A model generated the notes under the pieces. It ran no database searches, had not been told where the DNA came from, and saw only the letters and a program-made list of their open reading frames with translations. The translations under genes and the position numbers were made by a program. Below, in pieces: positions 50,941 to 61,867 of a stretch of DNA of 64,000 nt. The DNA comes from Moniliella sp. 'wahieum' (taxonomy: Eukaryota). Location of the stretch: contig RSEE01000016.1 of assembly GCA_003971905.1 (NCBI GenBank), forward strand, positions 62,001 through 126,000, in the 5' to 3' direction. Within the stretch, counting starts at the first letter, position 1. Each line of letters opens with the position of its first letter.

Positions 50941-51944
50941 ATGGCCTCAAATCTACTTGCGAGTGAAGACCTTAACAACCGGATGCTCTTTGCCATCCCC
51001 AAAAAGGGTATGTTTCCTTCCTTGGGCCAGCTGGGAGCGGTCAGCTGACGCATGAGCGGCAGGGCGGCTGTACGAAAAGTGCCTCGCGCTTTTGCAGGGG
51101 GCAGATGTGCAATTCAAGCGACAGCATCGGCTTGACGTTGCGCTGGTGCAGAACTTCCCCATGGCGCTTGTTTCCTTCCTGCTGCCGACATTCCTCGCTT
51201 TGTGGGCCTCGGTAACGTTGATCTCGGCATCACAGGCCAGGACATGGTGGCCGAGAGCGGACCGGCAATTGCGTCGCGGGTGACCGAGGTGCTTCCGTTG
51301 GGTTTTGGCAAGTGCAAGCTCCAAGTCCAGGTACCAGACCCATCTCTGCAGCCACGCGGCAGCGTCGCGGCGCAGGGCCCAATGAAGACATTGGAGGACC
51401 TGGTCGGGTGCCGGATCGCCACATCGTTTGACCATTGGCTGGCGCGTACTTTGCCGACTTGGACAAGCGCGTCGCTTCGGGTAAGCAAACCGAGATTCAG
51501 TTCATTAGCGGCAGTGTCGAGGCTGCATGCGCATTGGGCATTGCCGATGGCATTGTGGACCTGGTGGAGAGTGGAGAGACGATGCGCGCCTGTGGCCTCG
51601 CGCCGATTGCGACGCTCCTCGAATCGCAGGCCACGCTCATTCGTTCCGCCCAGCCCCACGCGCGCTCGGATACAAAGCTGATCAACCTCATTACCAACCG
51701 GATCCGCGGTGTGATCGCAGCACAACGCTACGTGCTTTGCACCTACAACATCACCAAAGCCGACTTGCCTGCACACTCGAAATCACCCCCGGCCGGCGGG
51801 CAGCGACAGTGATGCCGCTTGAGGATGAGACGGAACGCCGTATCGGCGATGATTGTGCGCTCGAGGCAGCCACCATCATGGACCGTCTCGAGGCAGTGGG
51901 CGCATCCGACATTCATCACCACCATCGCCAACTCGCGGGCGTAA
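50941..51944 (+). CDS. HIS1: ATP phosphoribosyltransferase
   Basis: RMLFAIPKKG^RLYEKC, RQHRLDVALV, GNVDLGITGQD, LGFGKCKLQVQVP, RIATSF, SGSVEAACALGIADGIVDLVESGETMRACGL, ITPGRRAATV, ..TIANSRA*. Intron 51008-51062. Confidence 0.95.
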
Positions 51945-52093
51945 AAGGAGGTTTGGAACCAAATGCATACATGTTGGCTGTCTTTCCAAAGGCACCTCGT
52001 TGTTTACATTTCCAGACAACGTGGACAAAGCCTGCACCTGGGATCTAAAGAGTTCGGGGAGGGTGGGGTGCAAAGGTATCTTTTAGTTTTGGT

Positions 52094-54587
52094 CTACCTG
52101 TGAAGTAGCATAGCTACCAATGCCAGCAAAGTACAGCCTTGCAAGCCCCGGTGAAAGGCAGTGCCGATACGATGGGCCTGGGCCAAGCGGCGCGGAGAAG
52201 GACGACGAGCCGGGCGAGCTTCCTCAATCAGTTCCGGATCCCATTCTTGCCCCTCCCTGCCCGGCCGCCCACTGTTCTGCGGCCGAACGGAGCAGGACAT
52301 GGACGACTGTGGAGGCATCCAAACCAGGAAGTGGCAGGCCATTGAGCAAGGCAAGCGAGACGGACGTTAACACGAAATAGCCGGCACCTAGTTCGAGCAA
52401 CATCAGCCATCCATCCCACGTAGCGTGCGGGAGGGGTAGTAGTTGAGTCCATTTTCGAGCCACGTAGGGCGACACGGTTGTCCCCCCAAGGCGCTGCTGG
52501 GATCTCCAGCAAGCAAGAGCGTCTGGCTTGGAATTCCCTCGTTCGAAACCGCGGCACTGGGGGAAAGGAAGTTGATCCGTACCAAAGGGACCGTTGGGAA
52601 GATGCATTCCCCTTTCCGGCGAGTGGTGCACATATCCGAGGTTTGGCACACCTTACCGCCAAATTGCTCAAAGGGGGCTGTGCGCCAATAGGGCCAGTGC
52701 GTTCACTCCGCGCATCCGACCTTGTCTGTCGCTGAAACATACATCGGATCCTTGAATGGCCGAGCCGCGGGAGCACGAATGCAGCAAGGAAGTGTTGGTG
52801 CCGTTGCTGGGCAGGGGGTCGGGCGCAAATAGGTCCGAGCTGCCCGTGTCCGCATCTGCGTAAGTCTCCGAGGGTGCAAATAAATCTTCCCCCGCAGCGT
52901 CAGGGGCTTCTGATCCAGGTTTTGGCCTGCAGACTGGGGCTGTGGTGCCCAGATGGACGAAGCGACGCACCATCCTCTTGTCTCCGTGGAGGCAAAGATG
53001 GCCTGGGCATAGCTTCAAGTCGGTCCCCAGCTGAGGGGATGCGACCCGAGGCGTAAAACTTGGTCTCCTCCACCGAGAGAAGGACACTGCCTACACCCAA
53101 AACAGGAGCAGCCTGTGCCAAAGCAGAGCCAGGGTCGACTTTTGCAACGCGGAGTCCGCCCTTGGCATCACATGTAGGTCCTAGCCCGCACTTCCCCGTA
53201 TCCTCATCTGATGAGGGCAATGCGGCGGTAATGGGGTCCTTGCTCCATCCAAAGTACCGCATCATTGCAGCAACGCCACCTTCGGCACCACCAGGAAGGT
53301 ACATGCCCGCCCGGACTGAGCGGACTCCCGCCAAGAGTGAATGAGGCAAAACCAACGCCCCAGGCCTAGGGGCAAACGAGGTCGGTACACCCACCACAGC
53401 AATGAAGAGGAAAACCGAGACAAGGTTAGCTGCCACCCCAGCACCAAGGATGCGAAGCTTGTGTCGCAAGGCCAATCGTGACTCTTTCCCCCTTCAAACA
53501 GGGTAGGGGGGAAAACGACAAACGCGGCGACAAGCCAGCCGGGGATGGGAATCCAGACGCCCAATGCTCGAGGAAGACACTCATCTTCTTCTCCCTCCCA
53601 CTCGGTCTCCTCTCTCCGCTGAGCACGACGGCTGAGGTAAACTGATACCGCAGCCAAAGCGTGGCCACCCACCTCGGATGAGCTGGGCCCCAAACAGGTG
53701 ATGAGCAAAAGGGTGGTGTGGGAAAAGGGTATGGTCAAGCCGGGGATGAGTGGGACAAGGTGCACGCCACCCGAACTAGGGGCAGCGGGTTCAGCAGCAG
53801 CGGCAGCATCGCGCGCTTGGCGAAGACGTCATCATTGTTCTCGGCCACGACAGCATCGCCTGCATGGTTCGACGGATGTGGAAGTAAACGGCGCTCAGGA
53901 GTTGTTGTAGTGCAGGCAGAGCAAGATGCCCAAGACACAGACACATGGCGGCCGACCAGAGCAGCGATACAACGGCTGCGATGGATGTGGCCGTCGTAGG
54001 CCGCGGCTAGATGAGAGACAGGCGAAGGGAGTGGGCGAAATGGGCAAGCCAGGCGTGATGAGAGTAGACTCAACATGGATGCTGTTGAAGGACAAGTGCA
54101 AGGTTGTGTTGGATACCGGTACAGGTTCAAGAGCAGGTGCAAGAACGGGTGAGCTGGAAGGCAGGGCGGAGGCGGAAGAAAGGCGGTCGTGGGCGCGAAG
54201 CGTGTTGCGACGTGGACGCGTGGAAGGGGTGGAAGCAGGAGCGTTGGCAGTGGTGCTGGTGCTGGCGGGGCGGTGTTGCTACTGCTGGAGGAGAGGGGGA
54301 GCAAGGGGATGGTGGCGGAGGGCTCGCCGTCACTGCCCCTGCCCAAGGGACGCGGTGGGTCCATGTGCGGGTCAGAACCTCGGTCCAGGTGGGCGGGGCA
54401 GGCCGTGTGTGGCGGACGACGAGACGGAGGGCGGGTGGGATGGTGGCGGTGGAGCATCGACAGCGAGGGCGATGCCGCCGCCGTGCCGCTGCCGGGCGGG
54501 GGCAAGCACCGCCCGCAGCAGCGCCTGGGCCACCAGCCACGGCGCCAGCGCGACGGCGACGATCCACACCAGCGTAGCGGCGTCCAT
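52094..54587 (-). CDS. Site-2 protease (M50 intramembrane metalloprotease)
   Basis: Hydrophobic N-terminus MDAATLVWIVAVALAPWLV; LVPLIPGLTIPFSH; Zn motif region QLI(H)EVGGHALAA at about 53661-53682; KLRILGAGVAANLV; third-ligand motif SLALLNGLPLPGLDA at 52317-52343. Frameshifted. Confidence 0.8.
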
Positions 54588-55119
54588 GGCGCTGCGGCGT
54601 GCGCCCTGGGAGGAAGGCCTCGCACCCGACTGCGGCTTTGGTGGGCCTCAGGGCCGCATGCACTCATGGCCCCATCCATCACCCACCATCCCTCCCCGCA
54701 CCCAGCCCGCTCGCTTCGCGGTCACGTGCTGCCGCTGGTCGCAGGCGGCGCTCCTGTGTGCTTACATCAGGCGCTCCGGCGCCCCAATGCCCTCTTCAGC
54801 AGCTTGGTTTAATGACTGACGCCATGCCGCCCCCTCGCCGCCGCCTCTCCACCGGCTCCGGCATGGAGGCAGTGTCGAAATGGACGGCCAACTGCGCGAG
54901 TAGGGCACAGGGGCAGTGTGCTGTCGTTATCGCCACCCATGCATCGCCCGCAGCTGATACGATGCGCTTATTAGGGGCCATCTGATGTGGGCCTCTGCGG
55001 CAACCACTCCTCTCACCCCCCCCCCCACCACCACCGATTCTATCTGCTCTTTCGTCCCCTCCCCCCGCCCCTCCGGTCTTCTCCCGTTCCTGTTTCGCCG
55101 TTTCGCACTCGTCCACACC

Positions 55120-57995
55120 ATGCATCCGTCCGGCATGTTTGATGCCCAACAGCGGAGTAAGGACCTGGCCTCGCCAATCCCCGTCAGCATCGCCTCCTGG
55201 CCCTCCGCCACCGGCTCGCCACAAATCCACGTACTATCCAGCGACGAAGAGTCCGCCGCGGAGGATGGTCCCGATTCCTATGATTCTGATGGCAGCGGTA
55301 ACCGCAGTGGCTGTGCCGCCAGTCCCAACGCCTGCAGCCCCGTTCGTCCCGTGTCCTCCTTTCTTCAGGAGTACCCCAAGACTCTTTGGTTGCCAGCAAC
55401 AGCATGGCCCCACAATCAGCGAAGCTGATATGACACGTGCCAGTCTTCGGCCTGTTCTCCCGGGAGTCAGCCAGGAGCCTGTTCCCCACATCCAGCTCGA
55501 GGCATCCGAGGCCTTTCCTATCCCCGTTCGTCGTCACCTTCCTCGGAAAGTTCGGACGTTTTGGACATGAACACAAGCTTAGTGAACATATTGATGAGGT
55601 GCAACCAGAGGAGGTCGAATTTCGAGTAAACTGCAACTGGAACGGGGATGCCTATGATCGTCATTCTTCCGAAGAATCCTCCCATCAACCGGGGGTAGTG
55701 GGAGACACATGTTTGCTGCACGATACGCCCTCGTCGGAATTGCCCGAAGAACGCCCCGTGCCAGTTAGATCTCAATCACCCGTCCCAGTTTTACATGCAG
55801 AAGACGAGATGGACAAGACGCTCTTATCCGATGCATGAAACTTACTTTAATAGAGGTGCAACGATTCCAGACCGTGGCCCTGCCCACAACGACCGCACCT
55901 ATTATCCCGCTCTCGATGTGTTCGGTGAGGGCGACCGCATTGACGATACGACTAAATACGAATTGGAGCAGCTCGGACCCGTGTCTGATGAAGAATTGGC
56001 ACACGATGTATCGTCCCCTTTGCCCGAACTGTCGGGCGAATCGGCGACACAGTCCAAACGAGTCGGAGGGGGATGACGAGTTGGTTGATGAAGACAGTCC
56101 GCACCCAGAGTCAACTATGTCCCCAACCCGGTTGAAAACACTCTCCAGACCTCCCCCAATCTTTTAGATTTGTGGAACACTAAGCTTCAAGCCCCCTTTG
56201 AAGCCCCTTCCCTGCTTCCAAAGGGTGCAGCCGAGGCCACGAGCGCTGCATCTGGGGTCGTGTCCGCTGCAGGTGAGACTTTGGGGTCAAACTGCAAATC
56301 TCAGTCCCATGCAACTGTCCTTTCGGGGACAAAGGGCACGGTGGATGGCATGGATACCAGGGTGGAAGAGACAAACAAGTCTTGTCTGGTACTTTGCTTC
56401 CGTGATGGTGGTCTTAGCCTTTTGCGCGAGGACGATTCGACCATTGAGCCCGCGTTGGCCGCAACTCTTGCGGCACCTGAGATGACATTGAGCTGGCCGG
56501 GCCCCCTGTGGGATAAAGGAACGCAATTGCCTCCGCCCTCGCGTTGTATCAAGAAGGACCCGGACGGTGACGGATGGATGGAAGAGATGCGGTTTCCCCC
56601 CCCCGAATCGCTACCATCACTGCTAGTGAAGTTGCAACGCCCTTGGCCCAAATTATCCTCGGCCGCAACAGAATCGAGGTTCAAGTCGCAATCATGGCGC
56701 GTTGGAAGGGTGTGCTTGAAGACTCTCCGGAAGTTCTTCCATCTTCAGTCGTGTGGCAGCCGGACACCTTTGGCGAAAAAAAGTGGGAGCCTGGGCAGCC
56801 CATGATGGATAACACACTCCATGCATGGCGGATGTTGGCGCTGTACAACTTCAATGGCTCTTCGACTGCAACAAATCGAGGGTAGTGTCAGGCCAACACG
56901 TGCGCTTGGACGTGACACCAGCGGCGGTGAAGGCAACCGACCTAGGTTCAACTCATGGGACACACCTCGTCCATGGATACGATAGTACGACGCTCAATCC
57001 CAAGGATTCATCGGACTGGGAAACGATAAAGTCGGCGCGGATCGTGCTCGGACGCCATCGCAAGTCGCGTGAGGCGGAAACAGTACACCGCCGGGTGGAA
57101 GCTTCTGTATGTCTCCTCTTGGTCATTGAGTATGGCATATTGACTTGCTCTCCCACTATCATTTTTTATCACAGATTACATTTGATATGGAACCCGCTAA
57201 GGTGTTGCTCAATCTGCCCGCGAGCGGAAGTAGCATTGCCAATACAAATGTCCGTCCGCACTTGCCCGACCGTCGTCGACGGATGCTTTGGCGTGACTGG
57301 GGCCGATCACGGCCGACGACTGCAGGTACTGGACGGTCCGTATGGGGCCGGGTGCCGCCTCCGCCGTTGTCCAACCGGGTGCACATTGCTCAACCTACGG
57401 CTTCTAGGCCCCTTAGTTTTCAGCACTCGCCGCTGCGACCCTCAGTGTGGATGCCGTCCCGTGACGATAAGCGCATGAACCAGCGGCAAAGGATTCTGCC
57501 GCTCATTACACGCCGCGACGATTCCGTGGCGAATATCATGGACCAGCAAACGGCCAACGCTGCGTCACCCATTCCAGGCCCAGCGCATTTGGATGAGATC
57601 AACTGTCTCTCACCTGATGAGGAGCTCCCGCCGATCGACCCTTCATCTGAACGGGAAACCACGGTCCAGATTGCACCGCCCGAGGAACCTGTTGAAGAAG
57701 CACCTGTGCCGGATGAGCAAGAGAATTTCTCTTTCGATCATCCTGAACAGCATGTGGACCAAGAGGCGGATGTGACACTTGTTGCTATTTCTACATCGCC
57801 GATGGCTAAAGAGGCTGGACCAAGCCTGAAGCGCAAGCGGGCATCCGAGCCTGAAGACATACAAGACCAGCAGCAGCAGCGCCGCCTACAAAGCGCGTGA
57901 TGCGGGAACGCGTACGCGACTTGTTGTTGGGCGGAATAGTGGGTGCTGTCGCCACTTTCACTTCGCTTGCAGCTTTGGGAGCTAGCTTGGAGTAA
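55120..57995 (+). CDS. FHA-domain protein with C-terminal tail-anchor TM segment
   Basis: FHA elements IILGR ... RVVSGQHVRL ... ATDLGSTHGTHL ... IVLGR. Intron 57107-57174. Acidic disordered regions. C-terminal DLLLGGIVGAVATFTSLAALGASLE* (TAA 57993-57995). Confidence 0.65.
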
Positions 57996-58603
57996 ATTGC
58001 CCAACTAGACTGCCTTACCTGGATTCATGTTCATACGTGTTTTGCGTTTTGATACTTTTGGTACTTCTATACTACCTCTCGCTTCGACTTCTCGCCCATC
58101 TAACTACTTTTTCATGCCTCTTCTCCCTTCTTCCCTTTACCGGTTCTCATTTCTCTCTCCCCCTCCCTGCTCTACCCCTGCGCATCAGATTAGCTACTGT
58201 TGATTTTCCTATGATCTCTCGCCGCCATATATTGCCGCCAAGGGTCAAGTTGAAGTACCCCTCCTCTGCAAGAAGACGAAAAGGGGAGAGCGGTTGTTGG
58301 CCCGGAAATGTATGATTTTGACTTCCTCTAAACATCATGCTGCTTTCAATCGGCATATAATAGTGGAAACGAATGTACCCTCTATAAAAGTTCAGGTGGC
58401 AGGACGTTCGTGAAGTTAAAGTCACTTGCAATGTGCTGAAAAAGTCTGTGAGTCTCTCACCACTGTTTTCATAACGAGGTTCAAGCATCCACGACCGTAG
58501 ATCGTTGCTTGCTTCTTCGGTTGGTGTGATCTCCTGTGCTAGCTTTCCGGCCCCTCTAACATGGAACGGTTGCCGCTACGCGCCACGGGCTACGGAAGCC
58601 CTT

Positions 58604-58800
58604 AAAGCTTGATGCTTGAGGCAAGCCCCCCGAGGTCTGAGGCTCAGGCCTGAAGAACGCGTAGCGCGTAGCGCTTCCTTGCTCTACCGCGCGCATGCGC
58701 ATTCGTATATTCTCACTGCGTACGCGTGAACGCGTGAACGCGCTCTCAGATGTCAGATGTCAGATCTGATCGATGATCGATGATCTTAGATCTCACGTGC
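58604..58800. repeat. 7-bp palindromic-core array cluster
   Basis: 58746-58783 TCA-GATG-TCA-GATG-TCA-GATC-TGA-TCGA-TGA-TCGA-TGA; AAGCTTGATGCTTGA; TCAGGCCTGA; (ACGCGTGA)2ACGCG. Confidence 0.85.
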
Positions 58801-59288
58801 TCAGGCGTCCCAGCCATGCGGTGCGAGAGGGCCAGCATCATGTATCACTAGAAGACCACCGGGCCTACGGCCCGGTCAGCTGGGGCTTCGCCCCAGCTTG
58901 GTGTGCTTGGTGTCCCAGCCTTAAGCTCTGTCAATGGAATGCACACAACAAGAAGGGAGATGCATCATCTTTTAGTTCCATACGCGAGGGTCCATCAAAA
59001 AGTGTGCAACCCTACTGCTCCCCGACCTGCCATGACGGGGGGGGCTGCGCCAACTATCGGGCATATGACAGAGTCGCGTCGACGCGTCCCTCTCCACCCA
59101 CTTAAAATGCCCCCTACCCGTACTCACCGCCAGTGCCCCCATTGCGGCACCAACGACTACACTGGCACACGGTGCCCCTTCAATCCACTCCCACGTTTGT
59201 GCCCCCACGGCCGTCGACCTGGCTACAAGGCTGCCGCGGAGCGGTGGAGCAAGGAGGAGATGTGGAAAGCAATTGGGGTCTTTGCGAC

Positions 59289-59428
59289 AAAAATAAGGTG
59301 GGGGAAGGACAAGAAGAGGGGGGGGAGGACAAGAATAGGGGGGGGAGGACAAGAAGAGGGGGGGGAGGACAAGAAGAGGGGGGGGAGGACAAGAAGAGGG
59401 GGGGGGGACAAGAAGAAGGGGGGACAAA
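59289..59428 (+). repeat. Purine-rich minisatellite of about 20 bp, AAGAAGAGGGGGGGGAGGAC, about 6 copies
   Basis: Units start at 59311, 59331, 59351, 59371 and 59391, with degenerate flanking copies; each carries a G8-G10 run. Confidence 0.95.
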
Positions 59429-60489
59429 GGGGATTGGTGGAAGGATGGAGTAAGGATGATCGATGGTCCAGAGGTGGCGGGCTCGATCCATGTAACGTGA
59501 ATTACGACGACCCTGTCGCAGGCGGGCCCTGCCAGGGGGCTCACTCAGGTTGGTGGGGTACAGTCCCTTACGTGAAAGACGGCTCACGGTAGTTTCGAGC
59601 TTGGGCTATCCGAGCGAGGAGGAGAAGCCTTTGGGCGTGAAGCCGAGGCGGCTGCACGCGTGGCAAAAGGCTGCGTATACGCCGGCTGGAGGGTAGTAAC
59701 GTGTCTGAAGCCTCCGGGGCTGAGAGACGGGTAGATGCAGTGGAGCGGACAGACACTGCCAGGGCTGAGAGGCATGATGGCAGTGGTTGTCAAAGGAACC
59801 CACGCGACATGTTGTGGTATGGAGAACCGACGCGGCTGATGGACGGCTCGCGCGACTGGGCAGATGGAAAGCTGGAGGACGAGGTTGGATGATGAAGATG
59901 ATGCAGCTAAGTGGAGACGAGAGGTTGCCTGTATTACTGAATCAATTGGCTGGAAACGTTCAGGAGTTGGACAGGAAAGGCGGGAAGGGACGAGAACGGA
60001 AGGTGGGAAAGGATCCCCACCAATCGAGGATGCTGACTGTTGGTTGGCCCCTTTTGGTAACCCCTTCTGTCTAAGCCCCGCACTGGGATAGATGTTGACA
60101 GAGCGAAGCAGACGAAGCTGCTACAGAGTGCGACTTGGGAGCATTCGCGATCCTATGGATGAGCTGCAAAGCAGCCTTCAGACAGGCGTGAAGGCAAAGG
60201 GGTGACCACAAGTCTACAAGCATCTGAAGGAAAGAAGGCAGGAGAGAGAGAAGGGAGATGGAGCGAGCAGGGCGTGCGCGGCCTGCGAGCGGAACTCTTT
60301 CGACCGGCTAAGCGAGAGCGTCACCGATTCACTGAGGGGTGCAGGGGAGGCCTAGCACTACCACCCCAATAGAAGCAAGCGGAGGCTGCGAAGGGGCTAA
60401 GAATATCATCCGATAGCACTTCCTCGTGTGACATGGCGCGTCAGCACTCAGCGCGGCCGTCGTTTACCTCCTGGTACATATTCATACCT

Positions 60490-61010
60490 CTCAGAGATCG
60501 CATCAATCTCAGATCTCGAAGGTTCAGTGCTTTGAGTACCAAACGTACCAACGCCGAGTATAGTACTGAGTTGCTCAGGACGGAGTTATACTGAGTCTTC
60601 TCACATCTGAGAACTACTCTCAGTGTACAGAGTACTGTGAGTACTGAGAGTACTGGATTCTGGCACTGCATCCCGCCGGGAAGCAATGATGGGATATGGC
60701 CACAGCGTTCGATATTCGTATCCTCTTTCAATATTCCATGTCAAGTCTTCAAAACAGCTTCACATCCTTGAAACCCTTCATATGCTCTCAAGTTCAGCCT
60801 GGCCAATTCCAGGTATAGCGCTGATCGATGATCGATAGTCGAGAGTATCGATCGATTATCAAAAGCGAGATCCAAATTCCAATGAAGGAACGCTACCAGC
60901 GTGAGTTTAAATGACCGCAAAACGTTTTAAGCTGTTACATGTTACGTGTTTTATATTGTCCAACGTCCAATCCCCTGTAACTAGGTTGCTAGTTACTAGT
61001 TACTTAGTTT
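60490..61010. repeat. Palindromic-core arrays (GTAC, TCGA, CATG, CTAG cores)
   Basis: AGTACTGTGAGTACTGAGAGTACTGG at about 60631-60656; TGA-TCGA-TGA-TCGA-TAG-TCGA at about 60822-60842; TTA-CATG-TTA-CGTG at about 60935; TTG-CTAG-TTA-CTAG-TTA at about 60986. Confidence 0.75.
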
Positions 61011-61867
61011 ATACGTATAGGCCGCGAGTTGCTCATTGTGTATGTGCCCCCCTTCCCCCCCACCATGGGGAGTCTACTCTGCGATATATCGATTATCGCA
61101 CTCACTGATCCGGAGGACGGGATTCAATTTATCAATGCGGCACCCGCACCCACACACTTAAGAGTGCCCTCTTTGTGTTTTCGACGTCCACGATGCATGA
61201 GGCGGCGAGTGAGTATGCAAGAGTGTCTGTGAGCATGTGTATGGTGTACGAGAAGGGCCTGGGAGTTTGGACGTTTGCCGATGCTCGCATGTTGCCCCTC
61301 CCGCCTGGGTATGCTCGCTCTACGTCTCTCTGCAATGCATATATGGTTCCCGCTTATCGAGTTAATGATCATCCTCTTGAAACGCCGAGCTTCAGCAGCC
61401 TGATGCTTTTTGATGGGGCAATGCACGATACCTGTCTAACCTCTCCATGAGCCATGAGCGTATGAGCTCCATAGCTTGCTGAGGGAGGAGAATGGAGGAT
61501 GTGTGTGACGCCTAGTGGTGCAGCTGGCCCAAGTCCGGAACCTTCTGGTTCGTTCCGTGTAATATCCAGGAAAGTATTCTCTAGCCTCCGTAGCTCATGT
61601 GCAATGCAATACACTACCAACTGCCTGCTCTCTGGTCTGTAACAATGTGGTTCTGAGGAGAGGTACGGGAGCTTTAAGAAGGGTAGGGCCTTATACAGCC
61701 GAGGGAACCGCGGAGCAGAGGGAGCATCCCAGCGGATAAGAGGGGTGATGCCTATCACACGCAGGAGAGGGCGTGATTGGGGCATTGCCCAACATATGGC
61801 TTTTCATTTTGCATTCTCGCTGTTTCCTTCCGACAGAGGATCCAATGGAGCAGAACCTGCCTGTGCT

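Noticed and set aside
698..57995. Calling the frameshifted genes pseudogenes
   Set aside because: The lesions are mostly short deletions in essential, otherwise well-conserved genes with intact splice sites, which is typical of sequencing error.
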